64,000 nucleotides of DNA. Source: Enterobacteria phage vB_EcoM_IME540. Made by a program: the position numbers and the translations under genes. A model generated the notes under the pieces. It was not told the DNA's origin and did not search any database. It saw only the letters and a list, made by a program, of their open reading frames with translations. Of this stretch, positions 1 through 7,820 are shown piece by piece (position 1 is the stretch's first letter; every line of letters begins with the position of its first letter). The DNA lies in the sequence record MT150133.1; one strand, 5' to 3'.

Positions 1-364
1 CACGTTTAGCTTTAATTAGTTGCCATTCCTTTTCTTCTTTACGTAAATCATACCAGGACCATAAATTCATTAGGCCATACATTAAACCAACGGCTACCGC
101 TAGAATAAGAGCCAGTGTAACCAGTCCTAAAATAAAACCTAAACTTAAACCAACAGGAGTACTCAATACAAAGAACTGCTCCAATATACCGGCACCTGCA
201 ACAGTTAAGCCGAAAATAGTACTACCTGCAAGCACAGAACATATAAAGCACACCCAAACCATTTTCCAGAAGTAAGCACACAAAGAGTGTGGTCGAGAAT
301 GACGGTCATAAAAACGGTCATGAAGTTTAGCGTGCCAAGAGTTTGCATTGATAATCATAATCAT
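1..364 (-). CDS. membrane protein, 3' end cut by window edge
   Basis: ATG at 364 has an AAGGAA SD. My translation MIMIINANSWHAKLHDRFYDRHSRPHSLCAYFWKMVWVCFICSVLAGSTIFGLTVAGAGILEQFFVLSTPVGLSLGFILGLVTLALILAVAVGLMYGL... stays open to position 1 and has at least 2 hydrophobic helices. It is absent from the ORF track because no stop lies in the window. Confidence 0.5.
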   Translation of the reverse strand, partial: MIMIINANSWHAKLHDRFYDRHSRPHSLCAYFWKMVWVCFICSVLAGSTIFGLTVAGAGILEQFFVLSTPVGLSLGFILGLVTLALILAVAVGLMYGLMNLWSWYDLRKEEKEWQLIKAKR

Positions 365-374
365 AATATTTTCC

Positions 375-935
375 TTAAGAGTTCATAGTTGGGATAACAG
401 AGTTCAGATAAGAGACTAAAACTTTTAGTTCGTCTTTAGTAAATACCACTTCACTTTCACCATCGTGTCTTTGGGTCAAGGATAGCAAATCACGACCCTG
501 ATATTGATACACGGTTAATTCAGTATCATAATCCAGTTCTTCTTCGTCGCCTTCAAATGTTTCACTAGAGCGAATTACAGCATCTTGGCCAGGGACTTTC
601 CATTCGACTTCTGGCTTGCATTCTTCCTGGAACAGTTTGAAAATACAATCAAAGAATTTATCAGAATCGCTGATGCTCAGACATTCAATACCATTTTCCA
701 GATTAAACCCAGTTTCATTTTTATAGATATAGGCAAACACATCATCATTGATATCGATAGGAGCCCTATGTCGACCGTTAAGATAATCATGTCTATCTAA
801 AACCATTAAATCATAAAGCGGTTTAATATCAGCGATAGTCAGTACGATTTTATCGTCTTCTTGTGAAAGCTCAATTGCGTTATTAACTACTTCAGCGGAC
901 AGTTCGCCAAACAATTCAGTTGTTTCAATAATCAT
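375..935 (-). CDS. hypothetical acidic protein (186 aa)
   Basis: Track ORF. ATG with GAGGAA SD. D/E-rich product. No family recognised. Confidence 0.6.
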   Translation of the reverse strand: MIIETTELFGELSAEVVNNAIELSQEDDKIVLTIADIKPLYDLMVLDRHDYLNGRHRAPIDINDDVFAYIYKNETGFNLENGIECLSISDSDKFFDCIFKLFQEECKPEVEWKVPGQDAVIRSSETFEGDEEELDYDTELTVYQYQGRDLLSLTQRHDGESEVVFTKDELKVLVSYLNSVIPTMNS

Positions 936-945
936 TTTCTATTCC

Positions 946-1143
946 TCAACGGTTATGTTTTAAAATACTATAAAGCTCTTCGACTTGGTCTGCATTCAGA
1001 CAAATCATATCATTTTCTTGTTGGAGCGTAATTCCACCTTTTTCTTCCCAATCTTTAACAAAGACGTCATCGTCAGATTCTTCAACATCTGCTAAAAGGA
1101 CAATCACACCATCTTCAGAACAACCATTTGGGTCATATAACAT
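946..1143 (-). CDS. hypothetical small acidic protein (65 aa)
   Basis: Track ORF 946-1212 trimmed to the ATG at 1143, which has a GAGGAA SD. Product MLYDPNGCSEDGVIVLLADVEESDDD... Confidence 0.5.
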   Translation of the reverse strand: MLYDPNGCSEDGVIVLLADVEESDDDVFVKDWEEKGGITLQQENDMICLNADQVEELYSILKHNR

Positions 1144-1238
1144 TACAGTTTCCTCGCTAACCATGAAAAGAATAAACCAATTAAAACAGGCCCTACAGCC
1201 ATTGTTAACCAAGCCCAGGGTTCTAAGTAATAAATCAT
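1143..1238 (-). CDS. possible 31-aa single-helix membrane peptide
   Basis: MIYYLEPWAWLTMAVGPVLIGLFFSWLARKL. AGGAG SD 8 nt upstream; the stop overlaps the next ATG (TAATG). Below the track size cut-off. Confidence 0.3.
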   Translation of the reverse strand: MIYYLEPWAWLTMAVGPVLIGLFFSWLARKL

Positions 1239-1262
1239 CTCATACTCCTGTGCCAATAGCCA

Positions 1263-1445
1263 TTATGCTTTCAACTCATTAAGATACTCAACCAATGCCG
1301 CTTTAGAGTTATCCAAATCTCGTTTACACTGCTCTATTGCGGAATATGAATAGCCTTCACAATGTTCTACTGCACTATCATAAGAATCACGTTCAATAGC
1401 AGTAGCCAGCTTAAGGATTTGTTCAATCTGTTCAGTAGTTAACAT
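1263..1445 (-). CDS. hypothetical protein (60 aa)
   Basis: Track ORF with GGTGA SD, tightly packed behind ORF 1450-1686. Confidence 0.5.
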   Translation of the reverse strand: MLTTEQIEQILKLATAIERDSYDSAVEHCEGYSYSAIEQCKRDLDNSKAALVEYLNELKA

Positions 1446-1449
1446 ATTA

Positions 1450-1686
1450 TCACCAGTATTTGTTGATGGTAGAAATCAATTCTTGGGCTTGAGTAGTCTT
1501 CAGCTTACACCCACAACCCTTTAATGTATCTTTAAGGAGCCATGGTTCCTTGAGCTCGTCCTTTTCTAGGCGAATTCTGTATCCTCGATAATCGACAAAG
1601 ATGCTTCGGTCGTCGAATATCTTAACCTCAAGAAGGCGGTTATTAATTTCATATTCTAATGAAACCGTAGTACTTGTAAGTTTCAT
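1450..1686 (-). CDS. hypothetical protein (78 aa)
   Basis: Track ORF with GAGGAG SD. First gene behind early promoter 1715-1743. Confidence 0.6.
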   Translation of the reverse strand: MKLTSTTVSLEYEINNRLLEVKIFDDRSIFVDYRGYRIRLEKDELKEPWLLKDTLKGCGCKLKTTQAQELISTINKYW

Positions 1687-1714
1687 TTTGTTCTCCTCAT
1701 TAGTTGATAGGTCT

Positions 1715-1743
1715 ATAGTATCACGTTCCTAGAGGATGTAAAC
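1715..1743 (-). promoter_or_regulatory. sigma70-type early promoter (GTTTAC -17 nt- TGATACTAT)
   Basis: Minus strand reads GTTTACATCCTCTAGGAACGTGATACTATAGACCTATCAAC and contains the conserved 15-mer TACTATAGACCTATC. Confidence 0.7.
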
Positions 1744-1752
1744 ACCTAAACG

Positions 1753-1779
1753 AAAAAAGGTCCCACCGAAGTGAGACCT
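1753..1779 (-). terminator. rho-independent terminator
   Basis: Minus strand AGGTCTCAC-TTCG-GTGGGACCT followed by TTTTTT, directly after the stop of ORF 1784-2167. Confidence 0.75.
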
Positions 1780-1783
1780 TTGA

Positions 1784-2167
1784 TTATTCTAACGTTAGCA
1801 AATACTTAGTCTGGTAAAAGACCCCAGTGATATCGTCCAAAGTCGACTGGATGGCCTTAGGAAGGGTATCATAGATTTTATCAGATGCTTTAAGAAGCTC
1901 GTCAAGAAAATCTACCGGGTCCTTAGGCAAGTCTGAAGCAGACGGTAATGATGCTTTATATTCTTTGCCACTGAACCCGAGATATTGCTCGCTAAATTGG
2001 TCCAGCGGTCCTTGAACTTCTACATAATAGAAGTCATATGCTTTGTGTCTTGCATAGCTTTTGGTTTCTAAATGGGCTGACTTAAAATAGGCTAAAGAAA
2101 CCAGTAGCCAACCAATATAAGAATCCACTTCAGACCCTCGACCGGGTACGAAATCATTGAACTTCAT
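1784..2167 (-). CDS. hypothetical protein (127 aa)
   Basis: Track ORF overlapping the rI stop by 14 nt. Sits where T4 rI.-1 lies (synteny inference only). Confidence 0.6.
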   Translation of the reverse strand: MKFNDFVPGRGSEVDSYIGWLLVSLAYFKSAHLETKSYARHKAYDFYYVEVQGPLDQFSEQYLGFSGKEYKASLPSASDLPKDPVDFLDELLKASDKIYDTLPKAIQSTLDDITGVFYQTKYLLTLE

Positions 2168-2447
2168 CTTCCACCTTCATTAGTTTTGCATAACGCTCTC
2201 CGATGGCGCGACCTTCAATTGAGCACGCTTCTATAGTCCGACAACTTGAAATCTTCCAAGAAGCCGTAACATAGGCCCAATAGTCTTCGGAGGCTTTTAC
2301 GCTGGGTCTACTCATTTGCGCATAAACAGGCATCGCACTACTAGCAAATGCATCCATCAATTTATCGTTGGTACCATTTGCTAGTGAAACTGTAGGGCTT
2401 AAACATCCCGCCATAAGGATACAAGCCGCTGTACGGAAAATATCCAT
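2154..2447 (-). CDS. rI: lysis-inhibition antiholin RI
   Basis: 97 aa, the same length as T4 RI. Has an N-terminal signal-anchor-like segment. The C-terminal part ...SCRTIEACSIEGRAIGERYAKLMKVEDEVQ parallels recalled T4 ...CSSDFECIERGAEMAQSYARIMNIKLETE. Lies next to tk as in T4. Confidence 0.75.
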   Translation of the reverse strand: MDIFRTAACILMAGCLSPTVSLANGTNDKLMDAFASSAMPVYAQMSRPSVKASEDYWAYVTASWKISSCRTIEACSIEGRAIGERYAKLMKVEDEVQ

Positions 2448-2536
2448 ACAAAAGTCCTTTGTTGTTTTATACTATTTGCCTTTCGGCCTTAACCGATAGC
2501 GATTACCAAAAGCTAAAGCTCTACGGTTAGTATTAT

Positions 2537-2544
2537 TATTTATA
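2537..2544 (-). promoter_or_regulatory. candidate late promoter TATAAATA upstream of rI
   Basis: Exact TATAAATA on the minus strand in an ORF-poor gap, 90 nt upstream of the rI ATG. Chance occurrence is possible in AT-rich DNA. Confidence 0.35.
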
Positions 2545-2693
2545 GCTTTTTAAGCTTACGACAATAAGAATAGAACACGTCGTTAAAATTATGCTCAACC
2601 CAATTCCTCTGTATAGGCGAGGTAATGGAAAGCATATAATGCGCTTTAATTAAATCCATCCCATTTTTATTAGGACACTCTTTATTATTAGCA

Positions 2694-2819
2694 TTATACG
2701 TCGCTGCTACAACCTTCTATCTCTCTTTTGTAAGCCACATCATCCATGATAGGCGAAAGAACAATATAAGAAATAGCCACAGCGAACGCTAGAATTAAAA
2801 TCTTTGAATTTAGGTCCAT
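2694..2819 (-). CDS. possible 41-aa membrane peptide
   Basis: MDLNSKILILAFAVAISYIVLSPIMDDVAYKREIEGCSSDV. GAGGG SD lies within the last codons of tk. Has an N-terminal hydrophobic helix. Confidence 0.35.
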   Translation of the reverse strand: MDLNSKILILAFAVAISYIVLSPIMDDVAYKREIEGCSSDV

Positions 2820-2826
2820 AGTACCC

Positions 2827-3399
2827 TCAACTCGTTATTTCTATCCAGTGCTTCCTGCACAATGACACGTAAGAATCGTTGCCACCTATAGAAACTTGGG
2901 CTCCGTCCTTAATTGCGATACCATCTTGGATACGAGCCGTCATAGTAGCTTTACGGCCGCAATGGCACACACCTTTGTACTCAACGAGTTTATCTGCCGT
3001 AGCGAGTAATTCAGCAGAGCCAGGAAACAGTTTACCCTGAAAATCAGTTCTTAGCCCATAACACATAACTGGAACATTATAATTGTCTACTATCTTCGCC
3101 AGTTGTTTTATCTGTGCAGGTTCTAAGAACTGTGCTTCATCCACAAATACACAGTGGATATCTTTTTGAGATTCAGCCCAACGATAGAACTCGTATAGGT
3201 CCATATCCGGAGTCACGGCATTAGCCTCTTGACTAATCCCTATACGAGACGAAATGCTATGGCTTGATTCTCTATTGTCTACCGCGGGCTTTAAAAGGAG
3301 TACGCCCATACCACGTTCTTTGTAGTTATGAGCTGCCGTTAGCAATGAAGCGGTTTTCCCGGAATTCATCGCCGCATAGTGAAACATCAAGCTTGCCAT
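2827..3399 (-). CDS. tk: thymidine kinase
   Basis: 190 aa. P-loop MNSGKTASLL, VFVDEAQF, and a C-terminal Cys cluster CHCGRKAT...SLCRKH. Matches the T4 Tk pattern and position. Confidence 0.92.
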   Translation of the reverse strand: MASLMFHYAAMNSGKTASLLTAAHNYKERGMGVLLLKPAVDNRESSHSISSRIGISQEANAVTPDMDLYEFYRWAESQKDIHCVFVDEAQFLEPAQIKQLAKIVDNYNVPVMCYGLRTDFQGKLFPGSAELLATADKLVEYKGVCHCGRKATMTARIQDGIAIKDGAQVSIGGNDSYVSLCRKHWIEITS

Positions 3400-4124
3400 T
3401 TAAATACAACTCCTCTATAAGAGCAATTAGGATAACCTTTGCTTATAGCTATCTTTTTAAACATATATGCTGAAGGCTTATTGGATTCTTCCCATAAGAG
3501 TTTTAATTCATCGTAAAATTTCCAAGATTCGTTTCTTATAGGAGAAGGTTTTCCTGCCATAGCGCCCTTTTTACCGTACATGGGATTCTTTTTGCCCTTT
3601 TTGGCGTTACTCATATTTTCTATGGTTTCAGCGCTATGTTTAAATCCTTTTAATTTTTTAGAGGCTAATCCTATTTTAGCTTTATGCTCATCACTAAATC
3701 CTATTCTATTGGAATAATGGTTTAAACCTTTATTAGAAGTGGTGAATTTAGAAGCTTCTATTCTGGCTTTGCTCCATTTAACTCCTTTTCTAGACCTAGA
3801 CATTTTCTGTTTAGTTAAATTAGATAATTTGGTTCCTTTCTTTTTACCTCTTCCGCCATCAGCAAAATTTAAAGAATGCTTACCATATTTTAATTTAGCC
3901 TTTTCAACTAAAGGAATTTCGGCGGCATACGCCTCTTCTTCAGATTCGAAGAATTCTAATATACGAGTTTTATAAGGATGCTTTTTACAAATATTTTTAA
4001 CTACCGTACCACTTCCATAATACCCGTCTGAAAGATTATCAGTGGAGTGTTTACCTACATAGTAATAATTTGCCTTATGGGTTTTTATTACAGTCAAGTA
4101 ATTATAATGGAATTCCTTTGCCAT
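3387..4124 (-). CDS. GIY-YIG family homing endonuclease (Seg-like)
   Basis: N-terminal NYLTVIKTHKANYYYVGKHS...GYYGSG (GIY-x10-YIG type). Lys-rich NUMOD-like repeats (SDEHKAKIG..., SAETIENMSNAKKGKKNPMYGKKG). Overlaps the tk start by 13 nt. Confidence 0.75.
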   Translation of the reverse strand: MAKEFHYNYLTVIKTHKANYYYVGKHSTDNLSDGYYGSGTVVKNICKKHPYKTRILEFFESEEEAYAAEIPLVEKAKLKYGKHSLNFADGGRGKKKGTKLSNLTKQKMSRSRKGVKWSKARIEASKFTTSNKGLNHYSNRIGFSDEHKAKIGLASKKLKGFKHSAETIENMSNAKKGKKNPMYGKKGAMAGKPSPIRNESWKFYDELKLLWEESNKPSAYMFKKIAISKGYPNCSYRGVVFKWQA

Positions 4125-4133
4125 ATTACCTTC

Positions 4134-4325
4134 TTAAAGCGTATTCACATAAGCTATTAATTCGTTTTCTTTCTCATCAAATCGATTGACAAATTCTTCC
4201 TGATGTTCGGGAGATAGCGGGCCATATTCATCATAAAAAGAATTTGCTTCTGCATGCTCATCTAGAAGTTCATGGATAAGCTCAAACAATTTATCTTTCT
4301 GTTCTTTACTCAGACTCATAACCAT
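4134..4325 (-). CDS. hypothetical acidic helical protein
   Basis: Track ORF 4134-4340. The likely start is the ATG at 4325 or 4319; the latter forms an ATGA overlap with the upstream stop. Start uncertain. Confidence 0.5.
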   Translation of the reverse strand: MVMSLSKEQKDKLFELIHELLDEHAEANSFYDEYGPLSPEHQEEFVNRFDEKENELIAYVNTL

Positions 4326-4528
4326 TGTACCTTTAAGCAATATTCTTCTACATGCTGCTTACGTTTATTTTTATCTATAAAAGTATATTCAACATATTCA
4401 CCGATATACCATTTATCGGTGTTGTGTTGACTTTTTATAGGGCATTTAGTTACTCGGGTTTCGGACCAGTGTCGAATAATTTCCGCTTTATTTTTAGGGT
4501 CAAACGGATGCGGGTAATGGGCTTTCAT
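4316..4528 (-). CDS. hypothetical protein (70 aa)
   Basis: Track ORF overlapping the 3' end of the macrodomain gene by 29 nt. Confidence 0.5.
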   Translation of the reverse strand: MKAHYPHPFDPKNKAEIIRHWSETRVTKCPIKSQHNTDKWYIGEYVEYTFIDKNKRKQHVEEYCLKVQWL

Positions 4529-4967
4529 AATCTACCACCACTAAATTAATATCAGGAGTAAACAAATTAATCAATTGGTAAACCTTGTCCCAATCACCAC
4601 CAGCAATACCACAACCGATGCGAGGAATATAAATTCTTGGTTTAAACAAAAGACCTTTTGCTTGTTGATTTAATTCTATCATACAGTTTACTAAAGCACC
4701 GTAATCAAGATTAGGGCCTGGTTCGTATTGGGTGTATAAATTATAGCAAATTTGGCCCTTATTACCTGTGGCTTGAGTAAACGTGCCAAGTTTTTCCAAA
4801 TGGCCTAAATAAGTGGTTTTATCGATAGCGAGAATAGGCGGATAAGCCTTAGCCAATTGCCCAGCTACACCTGAACCCATTGTGTGGAAACAGTTACACC
4901 CGTGTGCAACATTATTACCTTGAAGAAATAGGGCGACAATATCGCCCTTAATATAATCAATAATCAT
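4500..4967 (-). CDS. macrodomain protein, TARG1/OARD1-like ADP-ribose binding/hydrolase
   Basis: 155 aa. HGCNCFHTMGSGVAGQLAKAYP and IPRIGCGIAGGDWDKV parallel the recalled human TARG1 motifs H-C-x-x-D-x-x-MGAGIA and PRIGCGLDRLQWENV. Sits where T4 tk.4 lies. Confidence 0.65.
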   Translation of the reverse strand: MIIDYIKGDIVALFLQGNNVAHGCNCFHTMGSGVAGQLAKAYPPILAIDKTTYLGHLEKLGTFTQATGNKGQICYNLYTQYEPGPNLDYGALVNCMIELNQQAKGLLFKPRIYIPRIGCGIAGGDWDKVYQLINLFTPDINLVVVDYESPLPASV

Positions 4968-5320
4968 TTAGAGTTTAATCCTCGATTGTATGAATCAACG
5001 AGTCTGTCTACCATAGACGCGCACATTTCTTTGTACTTTTTATCAGATGGAATACATTCAGTAACGTTTAGACGTTGCTCGTATCTTTTAGAAAGAGTTT
5101 TCTCTTTCATTCGACGATGCTCTACGTCGTTCTGCCCATCTTTAAAAGCAGCCGTGATTTTTGAACTGAATTCGATAATGCATTCAGTATTACTCGGATG
5201 ACAATAATCTTTTGCTGTACGGGTAGCATACTCGACAATTGAATTATTACTATCATAAACTTGTGACGCTAATACTCCCGGAGCAATCAACATAAGCGCT
5301 ATAGTCATCTGCTTAATCAT
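4964..5320 (-). CDS. secreted/periplasmic Cys-containing protein (118 aa)
   Basis: N-terminal signal peptide MIKQMTIALMLIAPGVLASQ and four Cys in the mature part. Sits where T4 vs lies, but identity was not verified. Confidence 0.55.
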   Translation of the reverse strand: MIKQMTIALMLIAPGVLASQVYDSNNSIVEYATRTAKDYCHPSNTECIIEFSSKITAAFKDGQNDVEHRRMKEKTLSKRYEQRLNVTECIPSDKKYKEMCASMVDRLVDSYNRGLNSK

Positions 5321-5884
5321 TTAATATACCGCCTCAAACATCTTTTTAGATTTTAGATAATTGGCCTTTTCTAGAACTTCAGAAGCATATTTACTGCCTG
5401 CTTCGACGTTCCAGCCCGCATTATAAGAAGCAATCGCTTTTCTCAGGTCACCTTTGTGAACATCAATCCAATAAGACAGTTCAATGTAGGCCCAAGAGGC
5501 ACTGTTCTGTCGTTTTTGGACCATACGAATTATTTCTTTGTCTGACATCTTCCAACCTACCTGTTGAACACGACTTCTTAACGTAGGCAAGTAATTTTGG
5601 AACATGCCATAAGCATGGTGCTTATCTTTATTTAAACCCTGATTAATTCCGGCAGATGATTCCTGCCATAGTAATCCGGCCATAATATATCCTAATCCTT
5701 TTTGATTAGGGGTTTCTTTGAACTTTCCCGACTTTTGGTATTGTTCACCGAAAGCATACGCATAATGTAAATTATCGAGCTGGGTTTCTGTAAATACGGG
5801 TTCTGCTGCACTTACAGAAAACGAACCACACATAATAGCCGCTATTAAAGAATATTTAAGTTTTTTTAGAAAAATCATAATCAA
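5321..5884 (-). CDS. secreted soluble lytic transglycosylase (SLT domain)
   Basis: Signal peptide ...CGSFSVSAAEP. All three SLT motifs are present: LLWQESSAG (catalytic E-S), YGMFQ and ASYNAGWN. Confidence 0.7.
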   Translation of the reverse strand: MIMIFLKKLKYSLIAAIMCGSFSVSAAEPVFTETQLDNLHYAYAFGEQYQKSGKFKETPNQKGLGYIMAGLLWQESSAGINQGLNKDKHHAYGMFQNYLPTLRSRVQQVGWKMSDKEIIRMVQKRQNSASWAYIELSYWIDVHKGDLRKAIASYNAGWNVEAGSKYASEVLEKANYLKSKKMFEAVY

Positions 5885-6590
5885 TAAGTCCTCGGTAATC
5901 TACATTAGGGAAGCCGTTCTTAATTGCGATTTTACTAAATCTTCCACACTTGAGCTTATTATTATCTACCCATAATTTATATAATTGTGAATACATCGGT
6001 TCATGCCATATAGGGGATTTACGCAAAGAGGCTTTTTTCCTTTCTATAGTTTCTTTAGAATTTTGTATGGCTTTAAATTTTTGTCTATTTTCAGGATTTT
6101 CAAAATACTTAACCCGTTTTTCAGACATTTTAGCTTTTACTTTTGGCGAATTTAAAATTTCTTTGAGCCGTTCTTTAGAGCCTTCCTTTTCAAAATACTT
6201 TATTAAAGCCATTGAATGAGCAGCCCTATTTTCCTTTTTAGAGAAAAATAAAATTTTATTAATAGATTGCAATTTTGAAAATGATTCTTTAGCCAACTTA
6301 TAATTTTCAGAATCTACAAAATAAGACCTTTGTTTTGAATTTGAAGTAGAGCTCATATTTAACCAGGCAAAATTCAACCCATAGTGGTTTGGATTAGCTT
6401 TGGCTAGATACATATGGGCCAAATAATGTTCATCAGCATAAAGCTCAACTAAATTGTCTTGAGTGTCAGGACCACCAACACAACTCGGAATTATATGATG
6501 CTTTTCTGTATAGGCGTCATTAGGTGTATCCCTAGATAAGGCCGCATTTATTATTTTATAGTAGTCATATGGATATTTTATAGTTTCCAT
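5856..6590 (-). CDS. HNH family homing endonuclease
   Basis: N-terminal EKHHIIPSCVGGPDTQDNLVELYADEHYLAHM (HNH core), a basic repeat region, and a C-terminal module shared with the GIY-YIG ORF 3387-4124. Inserted between the SLT gene and regB. Confidence 0.75.
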   Translation of the reverse strand: METIKYPYDYYKIINAALSRDTPNDAYTEKHHIIPSCVGGPDTQDNLVELYADEHYLAHMYLAKANPNHYGLNFAWLNMSSTSNSKQRSYFVDSENYKLAKESFSKLQSINKILFFSKKENRAAHSMALIKYFEKEGSKERLKEILNSPKVKAKMSEKRVKYFENPENRQKFKAIQNSKETIERKKASLRKSPIWHEPMYSQLYKLWVDNNKLKCGRFSKIAIKNGFPNVDYRGLIDYDFSKKT

Positions 6591-6597
6591 ACTGTCC

Positions 6598-7056
6598 TCA
6601 CAAGTAAATTACTTTCGTGCTGGTTTTACCTTCTAAACGTTTAGAGTTAACAAATGCCATACGACATTTAAGGGAATATCCTTTATCAGGATGTTTACGG
6701 TCTACTGTCATACCTAGCCATAAGGTTTTATCGGTAATTTCGAGACGCAATGGCCGATACACTTTACCAGGGACAATTTCGGATTCTACATCAGGCAGAG
6801 GTTCCTGGATTAAGAATTCATGGATTTCTTTAACATGGTTATGGAGTTGCTTGAATAAAGCAAAAACGTATTTTTCGTCGATTTCACGTTGGATAGCACG
6901 GTCCAACAAGTGGTTAGAGTACTTAATAAAGAAGGCTGGGACTCCGCTCTTAATGGCGGCTTTTTTGATGGACGTATTCAGTTCACGGAATTCGGTTTCG
7001 AACTGACGACGTAATTTATTGCGGCGGATGAATACTTCTGAATTAATTTCTGACAT
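6598..7056 (-). CDS. regB: RegB site-specific endoribonuclease
   Basis: 152 aa. MSEINSEVFIRRNKLRRQFETEF...LLDRAIQREIDEKYVF...YRPLRLEITDKTLWLG matches recalled T4 RegB (153 aa) throughout. Confidence 0.9.
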   Translation of the reverse strand: MSEINSEVFIRRNKLRRQFETEFRELNTSIKKAAIKSGVPAFFIKYSNHLLDRAIQREIDEKYVFALFKQLHNHVKEIHEFLIQEPLPDVESEIVPGKVYRPLRLEITDKTLWLGMTVDRKHPDKGYSLKCRMAFVNSKRLEGKTSTKVIYL

Positions 7057-7063
7057 TTTGTAA

Positions 7064-7106
7064 TCTCCTGTAGTTGATAGGTCTATAGTACCACGTCTAC
7101 AGGAGA
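7064..7106 (-). promoter_or_regulatory. 10-bp inverted repeat pairing the promoter spacer with the regB Shine-Dalgarno
   Basis: Minus strand TCTCCTGTAG (just after the -35) ... CTACAGGAGA (SD, 7 nt before the ATG). The loop holds the -10 and the start site. Confidence 0.7.
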
Positions 7107-7113
7107 TGTAAAC
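7085..7113 (-). promoter_or_regulatory. early promoter (GTTTAC -17 nt- TGGTACTAT)
   Basis: GTTTACATCTCCTGTAGACGTGGTACTATAGACCTATCAAC upstream of regB, with the conserved 15-mer. Confidence 0.75.
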
Positions 7114-7117
7114 TGCT

Positions 7118-7327
7118 TTATTCTTGGAATGGGGTAAGTTTTCCAGCAGCTGAACAAATTTCTACCAGTACAGGGTAAAACTCTTTCACTTGTTCAAGGC
7201 GTTGGGCTGCATACTGTACTTCACCTTCTTCGAGACAAGCCATTTGGTCGTCAAGCAAGTATTTGTGGTAGCCAGTACAGGCTTCACCGATGATACGCTG
7301 GAAATCTTGTAAACTTTCAATTTTCAT
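7118..7327 (-). CDS. hypothetical protein (69 aa)
   Basis: Track ORF trimmed to the ATG at 7327, which forms an ATGA overlap with the upstream stop. Confidence 0.55.
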   Translation of the reverse strand: MKIESLQDFQRIIGEACTGYHKYLLDDQMACLEEGEVQYAAQRLEQVKEFYPVLVEICSAAGKLTPFQE

Positions 7328-7605
7328 CAGTATTTTTCCTCGGGTTGGAAAACGGAACGACACGCCCACATACTTGCTTCTTTCAGACGGTCAATTGCAT
7401 TACGAATCTGGGTGATGCGTTCATGAGCCTGGTCTAGTTCTTGTTCAGAAACCTCTTCGGTATCTAAGTTCATATAATGAGTAACATGTTCTTCTTCCAG
7501 AGCTTTAAACATTAACCCAAGACGAACTTCAGCATCTTTGATAGCGTTTACTTTACCGATTTTATCGTCGGTATGCGGCTTATAACCCTTGATATCTTCA
7601 ATCAT
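7327..7605 (-). CDS. hypothetical protein (92 aa)
   Basis: Track ORF in translationally coupled packing. Confidence 0.55.
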   Translation of the reverse strand: MIEDIKGYKPHTDDKIGKVNAIKDAEVRLGLMFKALEEEHVTHYMNLDTEEVSEQELDQAHERITQIRNAIDRLKEASMWACRSVFQPEEKY

Positions 7606-7820
7606 TTCACTTCCTCGCCAGTTGCGATATCATATTCTACCAAACGAAGGCCTTCAGTCCAACCTTGCACGGAGATATAGGTAGTCGGGTAAATCATTTC
7701 TTTACCATTCCACCGACCGCCATCCCAGACTTCCAGAAAGTCTTGTTCACCTGGTCCATTAAGCCATTCAACAAATCTTTTCAGAGCTTCTTCAGAACCT
7801 TCAATTGTCAATTTAGACAT
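7602..7820 (-). CDS. hypothetical protein (72 aa)
   Basis: Track ORF with 4-nt overlaps on both sides. Confidence 0.55.
   Translation of the reverse strand: MSKLTIEGSEEALKRFVEWLNGPGEQDFLEVWDGGRWNGKEMIYPTTYISVQGWTEGLRLVEYDIATGEEVK

Noticed and set aside
2540-2659. 39-aa minus-strand ORF (MDLIKAHYMLSITSPIQRNWVEHNFNDVFYSYCRKLKKL) in the rI-tk gap
   Set aside because: There is no convincing SD and its end overlaps the candidate late promoter. It is too short to assess, so it is not reported as a feature.
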